A stretch of DNA of 64,000 bases from NCBI RefSeq assembly GCF_963576615.1, contig NC_088716.1:43431910-43495909 (forward strand), written 5' to 3'. The stretch's first letter is position 1. Each line of letters opens with the position of its first letter. The notes under the pieces are model-generated. The model made no database searches and was not told the origin of the DNA. It saw only the letters and a list, made by a program, of their open reading frames with translations. Both the position numbers and the translations under genes were made by a program. Of this stretch, positions 26,436 through 38,195 are shown in pieces. The stretch is from Watersipora subatra (taxonomy: Eukaryota).

Positions 26436-26650
26436 GTAATTGTATAAATTATATATAGTATTCATCTTGCATATTATATAGTGACAGTCTTTATCAGCTC
26501 TACTAGTAACTCAGTAGTAGTTGTTTTTGTAGTTGTAAATTTCTGACGTATGATAGTTTTTATTGCAGTTCTAAATATTTAGAGATTTTGTACTATTTAC
26601 AGTCAATCTTCCAGCAGCATAATCACGTGGTTGAACAGCGAATAGACACA

Positions 26651-27907
26651 ATGTGTAGCAATATGAATGTTGCATTGATGCTGATGCTGGGTGCCGTTGT
26701 GTTAGACGCGTCTCACAATGCCAACACTATTGGTGATGTGTATAAAGCACCTTCTGGAGATGGATTCAGATGTGTGGGTAGGTACATTTTCCTATGAGTA
26801 GAATGTTCGCTCTGTATATTGTTAGTTAAAAGTTCTCTGTTCATACAACTTAGCCTCAAGTTTCAATTTGCAGATATAAACGAGTGTCAGTCCCCAGATG
26901 ACTACAGATGTCCAGCTAGGTCAACCTGTGTCAACACTGTAGGAGGTTACGACTGCAAGTGTATGAATGGATATACTATGGTTGATGGCAGATGTGTTCG
27001 TAAGTATACATGCTTTATAAGCACACATTGATTTAGTTTTCTGCCGACAATCTTCAGGGCTCAATTTTTTCATGGTGATTACGATTTTGATGGAGTGTTA
27101 CTTGCAGGTGATGCGAGAAATGGTGCTTCTAGCAGTGTTAACAGTCCATGCTGGAACAACAATGGAGGCTGTGGAAATCAACACTGTAAAGACACCGCAT
27201 GGGGAGTTGATTGCTCATGTGACCGCTTGGCATCATATGGTTCTACTGTTGCACGAGGTAGGTGCCATTGTATATGAAAGTGTGTACATGAATGACTGAA
27301 GACTTACAGAGCTGTGATTTGTTTGAGTTCATAATCGCAAAAAGTTTCCAGTTTTACAAGTTTTCAACTCACATTTTGCGTTTGGTTACAGGAAAGCAAG
27401 TAAGAATGTCATCACAGTATCCATGTAATTCGGAGTCGTGCTACCACAGCTGGTTTGCTGTTGATGGAATCATCAGTGATGAGGCTTACAGCAACCTTGC
27501 TTCTACCAGGGAGGAATATTCTCCTTATATTCAAATAGACCTGGAAGAAAGCTACTGTATAAAGGGAGTGAGATACTATAATGGCCTACAGAGAGATAGT
27601 AAGTTGATTTGTTACTTGTTACAAGCTTCTGCTATATTTATACAGTATCATAATCATGTTGATAAGTGTTCTTCTCTTTACAGCTGTGACTAGCATGAAT
27701 CTGCTGGTGAATGTCGGAGAGACGGAGTATGCCGCTAGCCGCTTTCCAGGTTCATCTGCTCAATGTATCTATTACCGAGGTCTTTCCTTTGAACAGAGAG
27801 TATTGACATGTACAAGTAGAGTATATGGAAGATATGTGAGAATCACCGATGTGGCAGCATCCAGTTCTCTAGCAGCTCGGGAGATAGTTGTGCTCAATTA
27901 TGAGTAG
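26651..27907 (+). CDS. lectin gene A: secreted signal peptide-cbEGF-EGF-F-type-lectin-like protein, ~278 aa. CDS join(26651..26777,26874..26999,27108..27257,27392..27598,27684..27907)
   Basis: All introns GT..AG and phase 1; exon frames agree with track ORFs 26588..26797, 26819.., 27095.., 27292.., 27656..27907; motifs DINECQSPDDYRCPARSTCVNTVGGYDCKCMNGY, SPCWNNNGGCGNQHC...DCSCD, AVDGI...YIQIDL...GRYVRITDV...REIVVLNYE. Confidence 0.8.
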
Positions 27908-28022
27908 TTTTATGATTTGTCCATTTTAAACTGTACTTGCTACATAAAGTTTTAGAAAATTTGATATTAGCTTTTTATTTTTTATAGTTTGTAATATTTT
28001 ATTTTGCTTATATTTTACTGTA

Positions 28023-28028
28023 AATAAA
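28023..28028 (+). promoter_or_regulatory. AATAAA polyadenylation signal ~115 bp after the gene A stop
   Basis: direct reading. Confidence 0.4.
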
Positions 28029-28139
28029 TGTCATTTTCATACATCTAATTTTATGCAAAGTTATTGAACACTAAGCTGCTCTTATTATCCCACTCCACTA
28101 ATTGGCAGTCACACAATACGTTTGGATTATTAGACCACG

Positions 28140-28430
28140 CTTAGTTATGAGAGACTAATTTAAGTTGATTATAAAAACTCTTACTTGGTTGTAAGAGGCT
28201 AGACTTGGCTGTAAGACACTTGACGTGGCTGTAAGACACTTGACGTGGCTGTAAGACACTTGACGTGGCTGTAAGACACTTGACGTGGCTGTAAGACACT
28301 TGACGTGGCTGTAAGACACTTGACGTGGCTGTAAGATGTTTGACGTGGCTGTAAGACACTTGACTTGGCTATAAGACACTTGACTTGGCTGTAAGATGTT
28401 TGACTTGAGATATTTACCTCAATTATAAAA
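28140..28430. repeat. 20-bp minisatellite (gacacttgacgtggctgtaa)n, ~12 units
   Basis: Positional equivalent of the 18700-19200 array in the neighbouring duplication unit, with a diverged unit. Confidence 0.9.
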
Positions 28431-29282
28431 GACTAGACTTGGTTAGCTGAGTAAAAATATTGTTTGTGTTTCATGCTCTCACATTTTGTTACAAAACTGC
28501 TGGTTGTTTAATGATCTCGTTGGTTCTAGTCCCGATGCAGTTTTACAGGTTAAAATATTTCTTACTCATTACAGAATTAGTATTCCTTCATGTCTTTTAA
28601 ACTGAATAAATAATCTCAGTAGTTTTTTTATTAGTCAATACGGAAACAGACAAAAATACTGCTTTAATTCGTCTCTTATCATCTATTTTAAGGAAGCGAC
28701 AAAAAAGTTTCAATTATTTTTTATGCTCCAAGAGTTCATGCTAGTGTGGTGGTGGACAATGACCAGACCCAAGACCAATGAAGCTCATTAGGATTAGACA
28801 ACCATACCAAGGCCAAAAGACTCACATTGCCCCTTCGACCTGTTAAGGACTTGGAAAAGCATGCCAGACAGAGGCCTGGAGTGGCCAAGCCTGCCTTAAA
28901 CCCAGCTGGAGGTACAGACAGTTGGTTGTTGGCTGGTAAGGACAATCAGGCTTACTAGCAAGCCGCAGATGATAGGCTAACCAATTGTTTAATTGGCATG
29001 CTAATAATTGTGAAATACAAGGAGCCCATCAAGAGGAGGTTGGAAGAGCATAAAAAAAATAATTTTATGCAGTTGTCTGCTGAGCATACATTCACTGTGA
29101 TTATTTATAAATTTGCACATACATATGTATTGCCTGAGATACTCATAGTGGTTTGAATTTTTGTGGAGCAGTAAAAGGTCACAGTGGATCCTTTACACTA
29201 GTCTCAGCTACAAGATATGGATCAACTATCAATAACCTATAATATTCCATAACTGTAGCAAGAATTAACTGTAGATTAAGTA

Positions 29283-29512
29283 CCAGTTTACCATCTCTCT
29301 GTAGACCATTATATTATCTCACTCTCTATATGCAGTAGTTATTTTCAAGGTCTATTTGAATATACAGAGAATATTCTTTTTTAGTATTGGAAGCAGGGTT
29401 GCTATATGCTTCATAACTGATGATTCCATTAACAGCATACCAGCTGTGGTAGCACAACTCCACATTTTTACATGGATTCTGTGATGACATTCTCGCTTGT
29501 TTACCTGCAGAA
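29283..29512 (-). pseudogene. inverted decayed exon-5 copy of the lectin family
   Basis: GKQARMSSQNPCKNVELCYHSWYAVNGI... with in-frame stops (YCI*). Confidence 0.7.
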
Positions 29513-30889
29513 AAAATCTAACATTACTTATACGTATGTATTTTCAAATTTTGCATTTTTCAGAGATAGAATTGCTTACAATTATAATTTGAAACACTAG
29601 TTGCTTATGAGCTATTCAAAGTACTTTTTGTTATCATATTAATACATATCTTATATAGAAACTATTAAAGAAAAACTGTAATATTTCCAATATATGAATG
29701 AGCATTAACCACTTTTTTGTGTTATCAATTGAAAAAGCAGATAATAGACAGTTTTGAATTTTTCGGATCTAAATTATACCTTGCTCTGTCAGATCTTTCC
29801 AAATTTTTATGAAATAAAAAAATTAAGTAAACAACAAATAATTGTATTACATAACATAAAGGCTTTTATTAGCACATATCTTACTGACTGGACAAAACCA
29901 AATATATTGTTTTAGGTTTTATTTATTTATTATTTATTATAAAGAACTGACTATGAAGTTCACTTAATCATAGAAGCAGGTAGGCATAAGCTTAGCAGAA
30001 GATTATCAGCAATCATTGAAATGTATGCTCTTTCTGTGCCAATATATTTTTGTTCAGTTAGAGCAGTAATATAGAAAAGAACATTTTCTACAAACTCATT
30101 TTCATGAATGTATAAGTGGAATTAGAACTTAACTCTTTAGGTATTTACCATGCACTACAAAGTAGGTTGATCTGAACTTGTTTCACTTTTATGTACTCGC
30201 TTGTAGTCTAACAAATAATTCTTTATTTACCTCGCACAATGAAATGAAATAAAATAGGTTTTATATCCATACTTTTAAAATAGCTTTGCAGTAGAACTAC
30301 AGCTAAACTTGATGTCTACAATATCATTGAAGTAAAACATATTGTGAAGTTAGAACCAAGTTTTATAGCTGCTCACTAGTGCATTGTAAATAACCTGCAC
30401 GGAAGTCAAGATACAAAGCTACATGTACAATCTTTCTCATCTTTTCTGATTCAGAAATTGTGTCAACTAAAATGTCGATTCACGTTTCCATCCACTACAT
30501 ATTGACGTTGAGTAACTTCAAAATATAATTTCAAATTGCTCAAATTTTGCTGTTTATTCATAAAACCTTGATTATATCTGTTTTACCACATCCTTCTTCA
30601 CTAAATACTTTCTTGGATGATTATAGATAATCATTGGCATGAAGTAAAATACTGTTACATGCAATCTTTCTGGCAGAGCTGGAGAGTTCAGTAGTACATG
30701 TACCATTCCAGACAATATAGATGTAGAGAGGATTAGATGGCCCCAGTGAGTTGTTATGTAGTCTAATTCATAACCCTGTTCTACATTCCTTGTAACAGTT
30801 AATTACCACTTAGTGAAAAGAAAAAGCTAATAATCTTCTCAAGCTGAAAAGAAAGCTGAAGGCTTGAAGCTTAAGCTTGAATAGATGGC

Positions 30890-30953
30890 TATAAAAGTCA
30901 GAAGATGTTCAGTGAAGTTATTCAGAAACATTTAGTAAGGAGTTGAGTAACAG
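30890..30953 (+). promoter_or_regulatory. TATA box (30890-30897) and non-coding first exon of lectin gene B, with donor cag|gtaagt at 30953/30954
   Basis: Near-identical to the gene A block; exon 2 acceptor at 31107/31108. Confidence 0.55.
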
Positions 30954-31150
30954 GTAAGTGTATAAATTATATACAGTATTCATCTTGCATATGCATGTGT
31001 ATTGATAGCCCTTGTCAGCGTATATAATAATTCAGTGTATGGTTGTGGTTATAATTAACTGACATTTGCTAGTTGTTATAGTAGTTTAAAATATGTTTTA
31101 TTTTACAGCGTACTACACACTCATTTGGTTTAAGAGGAAATTGATGCAAA

Positions 31151-32386
31151 ATGTTGGGTAAAATGAAAGTTTTACTGATGCTGTGTGCCATTGCATTGGT
31201 AAAATCTCGGGATGCTGACACTATTGGTGATGTATATAAGACACCTTCTGGAGATGGTTTCAGATGTGTGGGTAGGTACATTTTCCTATGAGTACAACAG
31301 GTGGTTTGCTACAAATATTTTGTTCTTATGCCCTTAGACTTATTTTTAACTTTTAGACATAAACGAGTGTCAGTCCCCAGATGACTACAGATGTCCAGCT
31401 AGGTCAACCTGTGTCAACACTGTAGGAGGTTACAACTGCAAGTGTATGAATGGATATACAATGGCTGATGGCAGATGTGTTCGTAAGTGCGCCGAGTTTT
31501 TCTATTTTCCTTTTTTTGATTTTACCATCGATATGTGTTATTCATCAGTCTTATTCAATTTATTCAATGATGGCTGCAATTTTTGAGTTTTATTCGCAGG
31601 TGATGTGGCAAATTATAGTGCTGGCAGTATTAACAGTCCGTGCTGGAACAACAATGGAGGCTGTGGAAATCGACACTGTAAAGACACTGCATGGAGAGTC
31701 GATTGCTCATGTGACCGCTTGACATCGTATGGCTCTACTGTTGCACGAGGTAGGTGCCATTGTATGTAAAAACGCGTACATGAACAACTGAAGACTCACA
31801 GAGCTGTGATTTGCTCATAACCGCGAAAAAATTTTAAGACGTTTTAACTCGCATTTTGCATTTGTTTACAGGAAAGCAAGTAAGAATGTCATCACAGTAT
31901 TCATGTAGATCGGAGTCATGCTACCACAGCTGGTACGCTGTTGATGGAATCATCAGTGATAAAGCAGACAGCAACCTTGCTTCTACCAGAAAAGAATATT
32001 CTCCTTATATTCAAATCAACCTGGAGGATAACTACTGTATAAAGGGAGTGAGATACTATAATGGTCTACAGAAAGATGGTGGGTTTATGTGTTACTTGTT
32101 ACTAGCGTCTGCTATAATTATACAGCAACATTATCATGTTGATAAGTGTTTTTCTTTAACAGCTGTGACTAGCATGAACCTGCTGGTGAATGTCGGCGAA
32201 ACGGAGTATGACGCTAGCAGCTCACCAGGTTCATCTGCTCAATGTGTCTACTACCGAGGTCCTTCCTTTGAACAGATATTGCTGACATGTAGAAGTAGGG
32301 TATATGGAAGATATGTGAGAATCACTGATGTAGCGGCATCCAACTCCCTGTCTGCTCGTGAGATAGTCGTGCTCAACTATGAGTAG
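31151..32386 (+). CDS. lectin gene B. CDS join(31151..31271,31357..31482,31600..31749,31872..32078,32163..32386)
   Basis: Same exon sizes and phases as gene A (126, 150, 207, 224 bp for exons 3-6); intron 5 is 84 bp with no stop, which explains the track ORF 31856..32386 reading through it. Confidence 0.8.
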
Positions 32387-32999
32387 TTTTATGCTTAGTT
32401 TATTTTACGGTATTTTCTTGGAACAGAATATTTTAAAATAGTTTTTATAGAGTTCATATCTTTTTTAATTTTCATTGTTTTATATTGTTTTTGACAAGAG
32501 AATTATTTTAATACAATTTATGATCGAGCATTGCAATTTTTTTGTACTTTTATAAAATTAATTAGTGTTTCCCTATCATCAAAAGTTTGCCACAGTAGCC
32601 TAACCACGGTTCTCACAAAATAATTGGACCACTACTAAGGTGTTGCTTGGTCAGAAGAAACTAACCAGCTAGAATTTTTACTGTAAATATATATATAGAA
32701 TTACCCACATGACCAGAACAATATTTCACGATATTTTGCATAACATAACTGTTAGTTACAATGTCTCTAGCATTGCAAAACGACAGAAATTAGACCTTCA
32801 CTTGCTTTGGCCATTAATTTAATGACCCAAGATTGCAATTAGTAACTATCAAAACTAATTTTAATAGCTATACTTTGAATAGAATATTTTGATATGATAG
32901 AATACATTAAATAGCTTTTTTAATAAAAAAAACTTTGATATATATATCTATCTCAAAAATTTTCGTCTGTCGTCGTTGTTTGTTAAGATATCTTTCAGT

Positions 33000-33100
33000 C
33001 AGTCTATAGCTATTAAAATCTTAGAACTTAAATTCCACTCTGTCGGATTCAAATTAAGGTTTAAAATCTCGCGCTTCACCACTGAGCTATACAAATGTTG
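33000..33100 (-). mobile_element. tRNA-derived SINE-like element (family 1), minus orientation
   Basis: Reverse complement reads gtatagctcagtggtgaagcgcgagattttaaacc...tttgaatccgacagagtgg. Confidence 0.35.
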
Positions 33101-33404
33101 ACTTGCAATAAAATTCACATTACAGTTATTTGGTATCAAAACGTTTGTTCTACTCTGCTGTGATGTAGGTGCAAAATATGTGGAAATGTGATTACGTGAT
33201 TACAAGCTTTTAAAAACTCAAAAATAAACAGTTAATAGCAACCAACACGAACGGCCGTAGGTCGAAATCCCTCTCCAAAAGGGCTAAAATTGGACGTAGT
33301 TGAAAATGATCCACTTCTGTTTACACAATATATAAACTGTAATATTTTATACTATTGTAATAAAATGTAATGTATTCGCAAATATACTTTACGCATTCAA
33401 TAAA

Positions 33405-33600
33405 ACCATGTGTACTACTGTATAAAAGGAATGAGATACTATAGTTGTCTACAGAGAGATGGTAAGCTGGTACATAACCTATACTAGTGATTCAGTCGTA
33501 AATGTCGGAGAGACGAAATAAGAGGCCGGCAGCCCTCCTGGTTCCTTTGCTCGCGTTTCCACTGCAGAAGTGCTGCCTTTGAGTGAGCATAACGTATTGA
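33405..33600 (+). pseudogene. collapsed fragment of lectin exons 5-6 with the intron largely deleted
   Basis: ...IKGMRYYSCLQRDG + gtaagctgg... + ...VNVGETK...; stops present. Confidence 0.5.
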
Positions 33601-35121
33601 TAAATGTGCAAATATTAATTTTGCAGCATCTACATGTAATTCTCTGGCAGCCATAATATAGGTATTCTTAGCCGAGTGTATGTTAAATTGTTCATTGCGC
33701 TTGTATGTCTACATCACACTCACCTGCATTACAGTATAATGATTTGCAGAATTTATAGTTTATAGAGTTTTAGTGCTTTCTATAATTTGTTGCAATCATT
33801 TGCTAACTCCACCAGCTATTTTGCTATTTTGGTTCATCCTAATATCTGATTGTTGTCACAATATTGTTGGCAATATAGACTGAAGCCCAATTTCAATGTT
33901 TCAAACAACCACAAATTTGAATTGCCGAATTGTGCAACTAATAATGGCAATGTACAACCTTCCCATTTTCAACTGTAGTAGATGTAAGGTTTTATTAAGC
34001 ATCAGTCAAGTTTATTTCAAAGTTGCAATATATTGTAAACTTGATAGTTTTGTAGTTACAGATAAAATTCAATTTTCTTTTAATAAGTATCAGTGCGGCA
34101 TGTTTTGCTTGGTTTTTGAAAGAGTGCTGAGTGTGGGCAAACGCTGAACGTGCAAGCAAAATTTTGTTGGTCCTTTGCTGGTGCATCTGATTTTCATTTA
34201 CCAGCATACTCGAGTTTCCTATTTTACATATAAAAGATGGTTGTTCATACCTTAAGAATGTGGTAGCAATCGTCAACAAGATGTGTAATTAAGTTTCGTA
34301 TATTACCTCTAGTTAAAATTACCACATCGTTTTTGGAATGTTTGTTAATATTTTTCTTGCGCAGTTCGATCAAATGTCTGCATCAACTTCTAAGAATAAA
34401 TTATATCGACCAATCACAAGTAGGCGTTTTTATGGCTCATTCTGACTGATTAATATCGTGAAATATTCTGATCGATTAATATGTTCGTTTCTTTACTTAA
34501 TAGTACGTGTCAGTACAATTTCATATTGCTGTCAAACAAATACATGTATGTTATTTTTTCATTTTAAATGGTATATTTGAAATGCAGAACTGCTGACCAT
34601 GGATAAGCTTTAATTCTTTCAAAAACTGCTCTGCACACTGACTAACACGTCTTTCATACTTTTAAGTATATCACGTTGGGATTAAATTACTTTTTTAAAG
34701 TGATTGGAAGTGTTTTCCTACTTGTTGTTCCCTTAAAGAATGTTCAGTTAAAACTAGAAATTTATATTTATTGTTGTTCATCTACCTTAGCAGCCGTGAC
34801 TTCACGATATCACTTTGCATTATTTCTATATTTGGTATGTTATGGTCAGCTTCTGTATTTACAGATATCAATAAATGCCTGGCTTCTTATGATAGCAGCT
34901 GCTCATGTGTGTCCGATCTACTGTTGACCCAAAAGCACCGATTTCAAAGGTATATCTAGTAGAACACACATACTGTTAAATATGCAATAAATTTGTTTGT
35001 ATTGTTTATTAGAAAGCTGATAAAGTAATGAAACTCGTTAAAAACAGGTCTTTAAAATCTCAGTTAAAAAGGCAAATTATGATAATACAAATTTAAGGTG
35101 TTAAAGTAAATCTACACATTT

Positions 35122-36902
35122 CTACACATAGACAAGCACAAGAATCTCACGAGCTGCCAGAGAGTAGGATGCTGCCACATCAGTGATCCTAACATAGCTA
35201 CCATATACCCTGCTAGTACAGCTCAGTAATCTCTGTTCAAAGGCAGCACCTCTGTAGTAGACACATTGAGCGGATGAGTCAGGATGGCTGCCAGCCTCCT
35301 CTTCAGTTTCTCCAACATTCACGAGCAGGTTAACTCTATAGACAGCTGCAAACAAGTATAAGCAATGTTTATTTAATACACATCTTGACATGATACTTCA
35401 ATAGACTTGACATGATACTTCAATAGATTGTTGTCCAGTTTTGATTCTATTTTATACCTCGCCCAATGCCATTGTAGTATTTCACTCCTTTAACGCAGTA
35501 GCTCTCTTCGAGATCAATCTGGAGATATGGAGAGTACTCTACTAGTGTCGAGGCCAAGTTGCCACCGGCTTCGGTATCAATCACTCCATCAACAGCATAT
35601 GAGCCGTGATAACACAACTCCGGTGTGCAAGGAAACTGTGAGGACATCTTAACTCGTTTCCCTGAATTAGAAGTTTTTAATATCAGCAACTTTTTTAATG
35701 GGTTCAATTTATTACAATGCATATCAGCACATTGCAACACTGTTTTAGCTAAGTCATGCTTTTTAACTCTTAGAGTTTGTGAATCAATACCCTTAAACGT
35801 AAAGTACAGCACAAACCTAACCTTGGGCAATATGCGAGTCATATGATGTCAAGCGATCACAAGAGCAGTCAACTCCCGTATCCGTGTCTTCACAGTGTTT
35901 ATTACCACATCCACCATTGTTTCCAGCTAAACATGAATTTTCACCTAAAATATACAGAAAGAGTATTTTGTATTACAAGCTGGAATAGTAACATTGCTTG
36001 CACGCCAAATTTTCTAGTGAGCCCTGGATGCTAGATTCAAGTATAATTATAGGTCAGTCCGCAATATTATGAGAAGACAACTCCATTGAATACTTACTAA
36101 TACAAGTGCCATCCACCATTGTATAGCCATCCATGCACTTGCAGTTGTAACCTCCTACAGTGTTGACACAGGTAGACCTACTTGGGCAGCTGTTTCCATA
36201 AGGAGTCAGGCATTCGTTGATATCTGTCAATACACAAGACAAGCAAACATCCAATGTATTACATTCTAAGAAAAAACTGAAAAACTTAAATTGATATTAA
36301 AGTGATATGGTGAAATCAGGACTGCTAAAGTGAATGAACAGCAACAAATATGACACTTGTTAGTTCTACTTAACTACTTTGTATACAAAATGATAATCTT
36401 TTAAGTCACTTTTCAAGCGAGTTTCTAGAACCGTTGGTTTAGTATTTACCACAGGAAACAGAAACCCATTCTTTTAATTTTCGGGACTTGGGTGACTGCC
36501 TCAAAAAAACATCGTTCAAATCGGAGTAGGTCACAGCTCTTTGCGCAAAGTAACTCGAGTATGGTTCACTTACCCATGCTAGACTAGCGGTATATTCTAA
36601 AGGACCAGAATGCTTTCTCCTCACACATATCAAGCTAGCTAGCAGCTATCAAGCTATCAAGCTAGAGTTTCCTGCAGCAAACAGACTTGTTACTTACCTA
36701 CACACTGGGATGTTGGACCCGGAGCACGAGGTGGCTCTGCAATTCTAGTTTCTTCTCTTGTAGGACGCGGAGCACGAGGTGGCTCTGCAATTCTAGTTTC
36801 TTTTCTTGTAGGACGTGGAGCAAAAGGTGGCTCAGTCATTCTCCTAGTTTCTTCTCTGTAGTGCTCAGCAAAGCATCCAGCAAAACCAAACAGCAATAGC
36901 AT
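35122..36902 (-). CDS. lectin gene D (minus strand), with an N-terminal Pro/Arg/Thr-rich tandem repeat. CDS complement join(36902..36698,36223..36098,35944..35822,35661..35458,35345..35122)
   Basis: Phase-1 introns throughout; frames agree with track ORFs 36690..36914(-), 36054..36254(-), 35447..35842(-), 35122..35391(-); exon 2 carries 3 x 48-bp repeat encoding (E/K)ETRIAEPPRAPRPTR. Confidence 0.75.
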
Positions 36903-37019
36903 CTTTAAAAACAATGATTAAAACCTTGAAGTGTGATCAATAATGAAGCACAAGTTGGTATATATCAAAATACATGCATTTTGCCAATTCTACCACATTC
37001 TTCCGGCTGATGTTCTTAC

Positions 37020-37188
37020 CTTTAACAGCGCTGCCATATTGTATGTCACTTCACTTCGTAGTAATTGAGAGCTGGGGTAAATATTCACTGCACACCTAAA
37101 GGAATGGTAGAACTTCTTATAATACACTTACAATCCTCAGTATGTAAGGATGGTTGCTCTTACCAACTCTATTAGCGCCTTATATACA
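37020..37188 (-). promoter_or_regulatory. putative TATA (ctgtatataagg, minus, 37181-37188) and 5' exon of gene D, with donor aaag|gtaaga at 37020/37019
   Basis: Unrelated to the A/B promoter block; contains atggcagcgctgttaaag, which would splice in frame onto the exon-2 ATG. Confidence 0.3.
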
Positions 37189-38029
37189 GTAAAGGGTGCA
37201 AATAAGCTCTCCGCTTTGTCTATTCTACCAAAAGAAGCTTTCTATTGTTTCTACTCAGCTACAGAGCAAGCTGAGTTTAGCATCTAATAATTTTAGTACA
37301 TTAGAAATTACAAAAAGCTAAGTCATTAAAATCAACTCATTGCCACTTTTGTAATTGAAACGAAACATATGCGCATCAAGTTTGAAAGAAGACTGCCAAA
37401 AAATGTAGAAGCGCATAGCATTCATGCGGACTGACAGTCAGACACACACACAAACATGAGGACATGCACACACACGCATATGTATGCAGGCTTGCATGCA
37501 CACGTACATGCGTGTGTAAATGTGTGAGGGCACACTGATGGCCTCAATTTTCAATATGATGGAAATATTGTATGTTCAATCACTTGTTTTATCGACGCTT
37601 GTAAACAGTGAAAGTTACCTCTAACTTTTAGCTCGAGACTTTCCTGCCTCGTCGAGGTTTGTTCTAGCTTTATTGACCCCCTATTGTCTTTTCAGATAAA
37701 AGGTGTTGTTAAGCTCTCAGGCTAAAGTCTCAGGCTTCCATTTACTGAACTCAGATTACTGCCTGATTTGCCCTTTAACAATCGATGATATACCCAGTCA
37801 ATTTGATGAAGTTAGAGGCTAATCTTGCAGGAATAATTATCAACTGAAATTAACACTGAAAATGATAAAATGCATCAGTGGTTAATTTATATATACAAAT
37901 TGAAGTGTTTATCATGTCTAGTTAAAAGTAATTAGTTAAAACATGCATGGTTGCACGATTGCAGTTCAGTACACTGTGAGAGATCATGTCATGTAATACT
38001 TCTATGTGCAAATATTTTTATGCATGACA

Positions 38030-38195
38030 AGGTGGCTGCATGGTTTAGTGGTAGTGTGCCAGGTAGGTGTGCATGCATATGTGCATCTGCATGCATGGGT
38101 TTTATTCCTGAGAGACGCAGTCTTTTTTCCTAACTCCCTTAGCTGTCTTCGGACAAATACGGTTCTTATTATAGCAAAGATTAAAATATCAGCTG
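38030..38195 (+). mobile_element. tRNA-derived SINE-like element (family 2)
   Basis: tggtttagtggtag...gggttttattcctg head; tail cttagc..ggacaaa..cttattatagcaaagatt shared with 63805-63975. Confidence 0.4.

Larger units (their letters stand above)
17093..33600 (+). repeat. ~4.5-kb tandem segmental-duplication units of the lectin locus
   Basis: Conserved blocks: 19280-19710 ~ 28700-29050; 20560-21240 ~ 25420-26250 ~ 29940-30780; gene-proximal 26280-26440 ~ 30790-30955. Confidence 0.8.

Noticed and set aside
27072-27299. ORF 27072..27299 (+) and other overlapping frames around the lectin exons (e.g. 31450..31722, 35625..35846, 35843..36034)
   Set aside because: They are frames other than the one carrying the EGF/lectin motifs. 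The correct frame is fixed by splice-phase continuity.
33170-33270. tRNA-like 3' half (acgaacggccgtaggtcgaaatccctctcca)
   Set aside because: Only a T-arm-like fragment is visible with no 5' half, so it is probably a degraded SINE or tRNA relic. The confident SINE call is 33000-33100.
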